Source of the DNA: Sulfurimonadaceae bacterium
Lineage (GTDB): Bacteria > Campylobacterota > Campylobacteria > Campylobacterales > Sulfurimonadaceae
Assembly (NCBI GenBank): GCA_041548245.1
Contig: JBFESZ010000001.1
Location: forward strand, 57,216-121,215
Reading direction: 5' to 3'
Length of the DNA: 64,000 bases
Shown here in pieces: positions 60,429 to 64,000 of the stretch. The notes beneath the pieces were generated by a model. It made no database searches and was not told where the DNA came from. It saw only the letters and a program-made list of their open reading frames with translations. The translations under genes and the position numbers were made by a program. How positions within the stretch are numbered: the first letter of the stretch is position 1; the number at the start of each line of letters is the position of its first letter.

Positions 60429-60431
60429 AAC

Positions 60432-62567
60432 TTACTTCTTTTTCCAAACTGACATCTCTGAGATGGTATGTTGATACTTGCGAGGTGTCTCACGAATGAC
60501 GAATGGTACATCCTCTGTCGCAATAAGTTCAAAGTGATCTTTCAACATCTCTTTCAGACCATCAATCGTTTTGACTGTATTTCCTTTTTCATCTTGATAC
60601 CCGCCAATCCAAAATTCTTTAGCCGTATACTCTTGCAACCAAGTATATGGAGATGTCAAGATCAGATAACCACCCGCATTAATACGTTCATGTACACTAT
60701 TTAAAAAGAGATGAGGCTCATAAAGCCTGTCAATAAGATTGGTTGCTAAAACAAGATCATAATTTGTAAAATGTGGCTTTAAGTTGCAAGCATCTCCCTG
60801 CCAAAACTCGACCTTATGCGCAACATCCAAAAGGCCTAGTTGATCCAAATGAATCTCAAGGCGTTCTTTCAGATCACCTTCTCCTTTCTGAAAATAACCG
60901 ACTTTGTTGTTTTTCTGTAACTCAACACCTACTTGGACAAAACGTGCAGAAAAATCTATTCCGCACACTTTCTCAAAAACCTTTGCCAACTCAAAAGAGG
61001 CTCGTCCTGTTGCACATCCAAGATCAAGGGCCGAAACCTGCTTGATGTCTTTAGTATACTCAATCGCTTTGTAAGCACAAGTACGTGCAAAATTAGCTAC
61101 ACCAAAATATTCATTTCCATACTGAAAGTCACAATACTGTGAAACCAATTCATCTGTCTCATAGATATTCTTTTCTTCTTTTTCCAAGGTCTTTCCTTCC
61201 ACATATCTAAAACCGGCATGCTGATAAAAGTGTCGTCTAAAAGCATAGCGTGAATGTTTCATCAACTCATTTCCCGTACTCGCCCATGAACCACCCTTAA
61301 TGAGATTATGCTTTCCATCAAAGGTGGGTACCGAGAAGTCGTCATAGGCAGGATGCACTTGAAACCCTTCATATGCATCTATAGGCGTTTCTGTCCATTG
61401 CCAAACATTTCCCATCACATCAAAGATATCTCCAAAAGCAAACCTGTTAACAGGGCAAGATGAAGCCCAATATCGAAAGTTGATATTAGCTCGTCTGTCA
61501 TCAAAGTCAGGAACATCTGACAATCCTGCTCTCTCATAGAGTCTATACCATTCTGCTTCACTCAAAAGTCGGTACTCTTTATTCTCTTTTTGACTCTTCC
61601 ATCGGCAAAATGCCTTGGCTTCCAAATAGTTCACGTCCACCGGCCAGCTTAAAGGCATTGCCATCTCTTCAAGCATCGATCTGTATCGGTAACTTCCGTC
61701 ACCCTGACGTATCCAAAACACAGGACATGCAACCTGACGATTCTTTAAAAACGCTTGCCCTTCTGTATCCCAATAAGCACTGTCATGATATCCGCCGTCA
61801 TTTACAAACTCTAGAAACTCTGCATTACTGACAAGATACTTACTCGTTTTAAAGGGCTCTACATCCACCTCTTTACTTCCGTACTCATTGTCCCAACCAT
61901 AAAGATGATGATGTTTGTCTTTTCCTAATAGAATTTTTCCACCTTCAATGGAGACCATCTCATTCATACAAGGCATGGAGGCCTCATCACAACATGGGAA
62001 AAAACCCTTATCTTTGATCATCTCAATTGGAAGCTGGCGATGTAAAACAGACGAGGTCTCTAGATGAATTCTCTCATGTTCAATTCCCATCAGTATTATC
62101 CACATCGGGTCCTCTTGTTTAATTGGAAGAGTTAATACAAGATCATTAATCAGAGCGTCTATCTTTTGACGTACTTCATCTCGGTAACTCCTGACCTTAT
62201 CCACATCCGGCCAATTATAATGATTCGTATCCATATCATCCCAGTTCATCTCATCAACACCTATGGCAAACATAGACTCATACTCAGCGTTTATACGTTC
62301 ATGAATGATATTTGCTAGTATCAGCTTATTGATAAAGAAAGTTGCCGTATGTCCAAAATAAAAGATAATGGGATGACGCGTAGGTTCAGGTCTTGAATAA
62401 AAAACTTCATCATCAACAAAACAATCAAAAAGTTTTTCATAAAGAGTAAAAGTCATATGAAAATACTCTCGTATCTCTTCACGTTTTTTCTCTATATCAT
62501 TACCATTCAATGTAACAGGTAGAGTATGAAACGAGTGCATAGACTTTATTTCCAAATTATGTGACAT
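60432..62567 (-). CDS. ovoA: 5-histidylcysteine sulfoxide synthase / methyltransferase OvoA
   Basis: RHP.IFY.GHT, GVDEM.WDD, HERIHLE (HX3HXE), GWDNEYG, FGE-sulfatase domain, FRRHF.QHAGFRY, C-terminal SAM methyltransferase (DLGCATGR, GDACNL, RETPRK.QHT). Confidence 0.93.
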   Translation of the reverse strand: MSHNLEIKSMHSFHTLPVTLNGNDIEKKREEIREYFHMTFTLYEKLFDCFVDDEVFYSRPEPTRHPIIFYFGHTATFFINKLILANIIHERINAEYESMFAIGVDEMNWDDMDTNHYNWPDVDKVRSYRDEVRQKIDALINDLVLTLPIKQEDPMWIILMGIEHERIHLETSSVLHRQLPIEMIKDKGFFPCCDEASMPCMNEMVSIEGGKILLGKDKHHHLYGWDNEYGSKEVDVEPFKTSKYLVSNAEFLEFVNDGGYHDSAYWDTEGQAFLKNRQVACPVFWIRQGDGSYRYRSMLEEMAMPLSWPVDVNYLEAKAFCRWKSQKENKEYRLLSEAEWYRLYERAGLSDVPDFDDRRANINFRYWASSCPVNRFAFGDIFDVMGNVWQWTETPIDAYEGFQVHPAYDDFSVPTFDGKHNLIKGGSWASTGNELMKHSRYAFRRHFYQHAGFRYVEGKTLEKEEKNIYETDELVSQYCDFQYGNEYFGVANFARTCAYKAIEYTKDIKQVSALDLGCATGRASFELAKVFEKVCGIDFSARFVQVGVELQKNNKVGYFQKGEGDLKERLEIHLDQLGLLDVAHKVEFWQGDACNLKPHFTNYDLVLATNLIDRLYEPHLFLNSVHERINAGGYLILTSPYTWLQEYTAKEFWIGGYQDEKGNTVKTIDGLKEMLKDHFELIATEDVPFVIRETPRKYQHTISEMSVWKKK

Positions 62568-62688
62568 TACAAATCCTCTCACAAGCATTTTAACAAAAAT
62601 AGATGCAAGTCACTAGAACAAATATACTGTATAACTAAATAATAGGCATTTTGAGTAATATATACAAATAAATTTGATACTATACAGC

Positions 62689-63435
62689 ATGCGAACATTT
62701 AACAGTAGACTTTTGGCAAAATATGATGATATCAAGCACGCATATACAACACGTCTAAACGGATGCACTGCATTTGGAAACAATCTGGCTTATCACGTAA
62801 ATGACAATCCCGACTATGTCGATAAAAACCATAAGACACTTTCAAAACATATGAATTATTCTCTTAATAGACTTGTACATATGAATCAAATACACAAAGA
62901 CAATATATATATCGTTGATAAAACACATGATTATGCCAATATACCTGCCTGTGATGCCCTGATTACAAAAGAAAAGAAAGTACCTTTGATGGTTATGGTT
63001 GCTGATTGTATACCAATATTAGTCTATGATCCTGTAAACAAAATCATAGCCGCCGTCCATGCAGGAAGAGCAGGTGTATTTTCTGAAATAATTCCAAAAA
63101 CTATAAATAAGATGAAAAATGCATTCAAATCTGACCCTAAACATTTGCTTGTCAGTTTTGGGCCATCAATACAACAATGCTGTTATGAAGTTGGCTATGA
63201 GATAAAAATAGAAGCCGAAAAACTGGACTATACATATGCAATTAAAACAGAAAATGACAACTACTATTTAGATCTTATAGCTATAGCTAATCAACAGCTT
63301 GATAAAAGCGGCATCCAAAGAAATAACATAGAGAACTCATTATACTGTACAGCCTGCAATACAGATACATTTTATTCACACAGAGCCGAGCGAGGAAAAT
63401 GCGGGCGGTTTGCGGGAGTGATCATGCTAAATTGA
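62689..63435 (+). CDS. pgeF: PgeF/YfiH family protein
   Basis: QIH, DALIT, ADC.PI, AVHAG, GPSI..CCYEVG, CT.C....FYSHR. Confidence 0.92.
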   Translation: MRTFNSRLLAKYDDIKHAYTTRLNGCTAFGNNLAYHVNDNPDYVDKNHKTLSKHMNYSLNRLVHMNQIHKDNIYIVDKTHDYANIPACDALITKEKKVPLMVMVADCIPILVYDPVNKIIAAVHAGRAGVFSEIIPKTINKMKNAFKSDPKHLLVSFGPSIQQCCYEVGYEIKIEAEKLDYTYAIKTENDNYYLDLIAIANQQLDKSGIQRNNIENSLYCTACNTDTFYSHRAERGKCGRFAGVIMLN

Positions 63436-63537
63436 CCCAAGAAAGGATTTCAGAAACAGTATATAGATATAGTTTAGATTTTATTGGATTAAGATGTAGT
63501 TTAAATGATTGATTAGAGATTGTTAAAAAAAGAAAGT

Positions 63538-63653
63538 CCAGGCGGCGACCTACGTTTCCACACCTGAAAGGTGCAGTATTATCAGCGAAGAGGGGCTTAG
63601 CTTCTGGGTTCGGAATGGGGCCAGGCGTTTCCCCCTCTCTATTACCACCTGAA
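63538..63653 (-). rRNA. rrf: 5S rRNA
   Basis: Minus strand has CCCATTCCGAAC and GCTGAT..TACTG; terminal helix CAGGTGGT/GCCGCCTG; ends approximate. Confidence 0.95.
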
Positions 63654-63860
63654 CTAAAGACTACGTATAGTATTTAGTTCAGATGTTCTGGACTGTTGAG
63701 GGTTATATAGATCAATGTTAAATGTCAATATCTGGCGCTAAACGCCGACACTCCCGTCGCTAAAGCGTAAGTGGGGTGCAATAAAATAAACAACTATAAT
63801 ACTTTGTATCTAAAGTCTTATAAGTAGTTATACTTAATAAGGCAGTGAACAACGGATTAA

Positions 63861-64000
63861 TAAAAAAAGACAAACGAACTATTAGTACTGGTCAGCTAAA
63901 CATATTGCTATGCGTACACACCCAGCCTATCAAGCTTGTAGTCTTCAAGCGTTCTTCAGGGATTATTCATCTTGGAGTTGGCTTCCCGCTTAGATGCTTT
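63861..64000 (-). rRNA. rrl: 23S rRNA, 3' end (partial)
   Basis: Minus strand AAAGCATCTAAGCGGGAAGCC...GATAGGCTGGGTGTG...TACTAAT; 3' end approximate. Confidence 0.95.

Noticed and set aside
104-61831. Many 60-190 aa antisense or alternate-frame ORFs in the track
   Set aside because: They are shadows of well-supported genes and lack RBSs or motifs.
62689-63530. AT-rich pgeF as horizontally acquired DNA
   Set aside because: It is a common housekeeping gene next to an rRNA operon with no mobility signals; composition alone is not enough evidence.

Overview
This 64 kb window comes from a Campylobacterota (Epsilonproteobacteria) chromosome and is most like Sulfurimonas/Sulfurovum-type sulfur oxidisers. 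That assignment is inferred from the plsY-folB-hsrA/cosR-HK-fdx-ppx and bamA/tyrA synteny, the dimeric dUTPase, SorAB and extended -10 promoters. Most of it is core or housekeeping DNA, with no integrase, transposase or CRISPR array seen. It carries a LysR-sorAB sulfite-oxidation insert between bamA and tyrA and a MoxR/DUF58 locus flanked by two paralogous VWA-VWA/TPR-BatD sets. It also has tRNA-Lys and tRNA-Glu, several c-di-GMP and two-component genes, acs, pepP, pepN, a cobB/ADP-ribosylglycohydrolase operon, an ovothiol ovoA plus C-S lyase pair, and the 3' end of an rRNA operon (23S end and 5S). The most interesting candidates are: (1) an operon of an HD-GYP response regulator, a Sco-type copper chaperone and a hybrid kinase with a His-rich membrane domain, possibly a copper-cofactor sensing system; (2) a 48-aa basic peptide with three SKWSI repeats just upstream of it; (3) a ~130-nt highly structured RNA upstream of dut; (4) a WD40 propeller plus 84-aa-repeat helical solenoid protein with coat-like architecture; (5) two neighbouring secreted-protein genes that appear to start at ATC. 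All family calls come from motif recognition by eye; no database searches were run.
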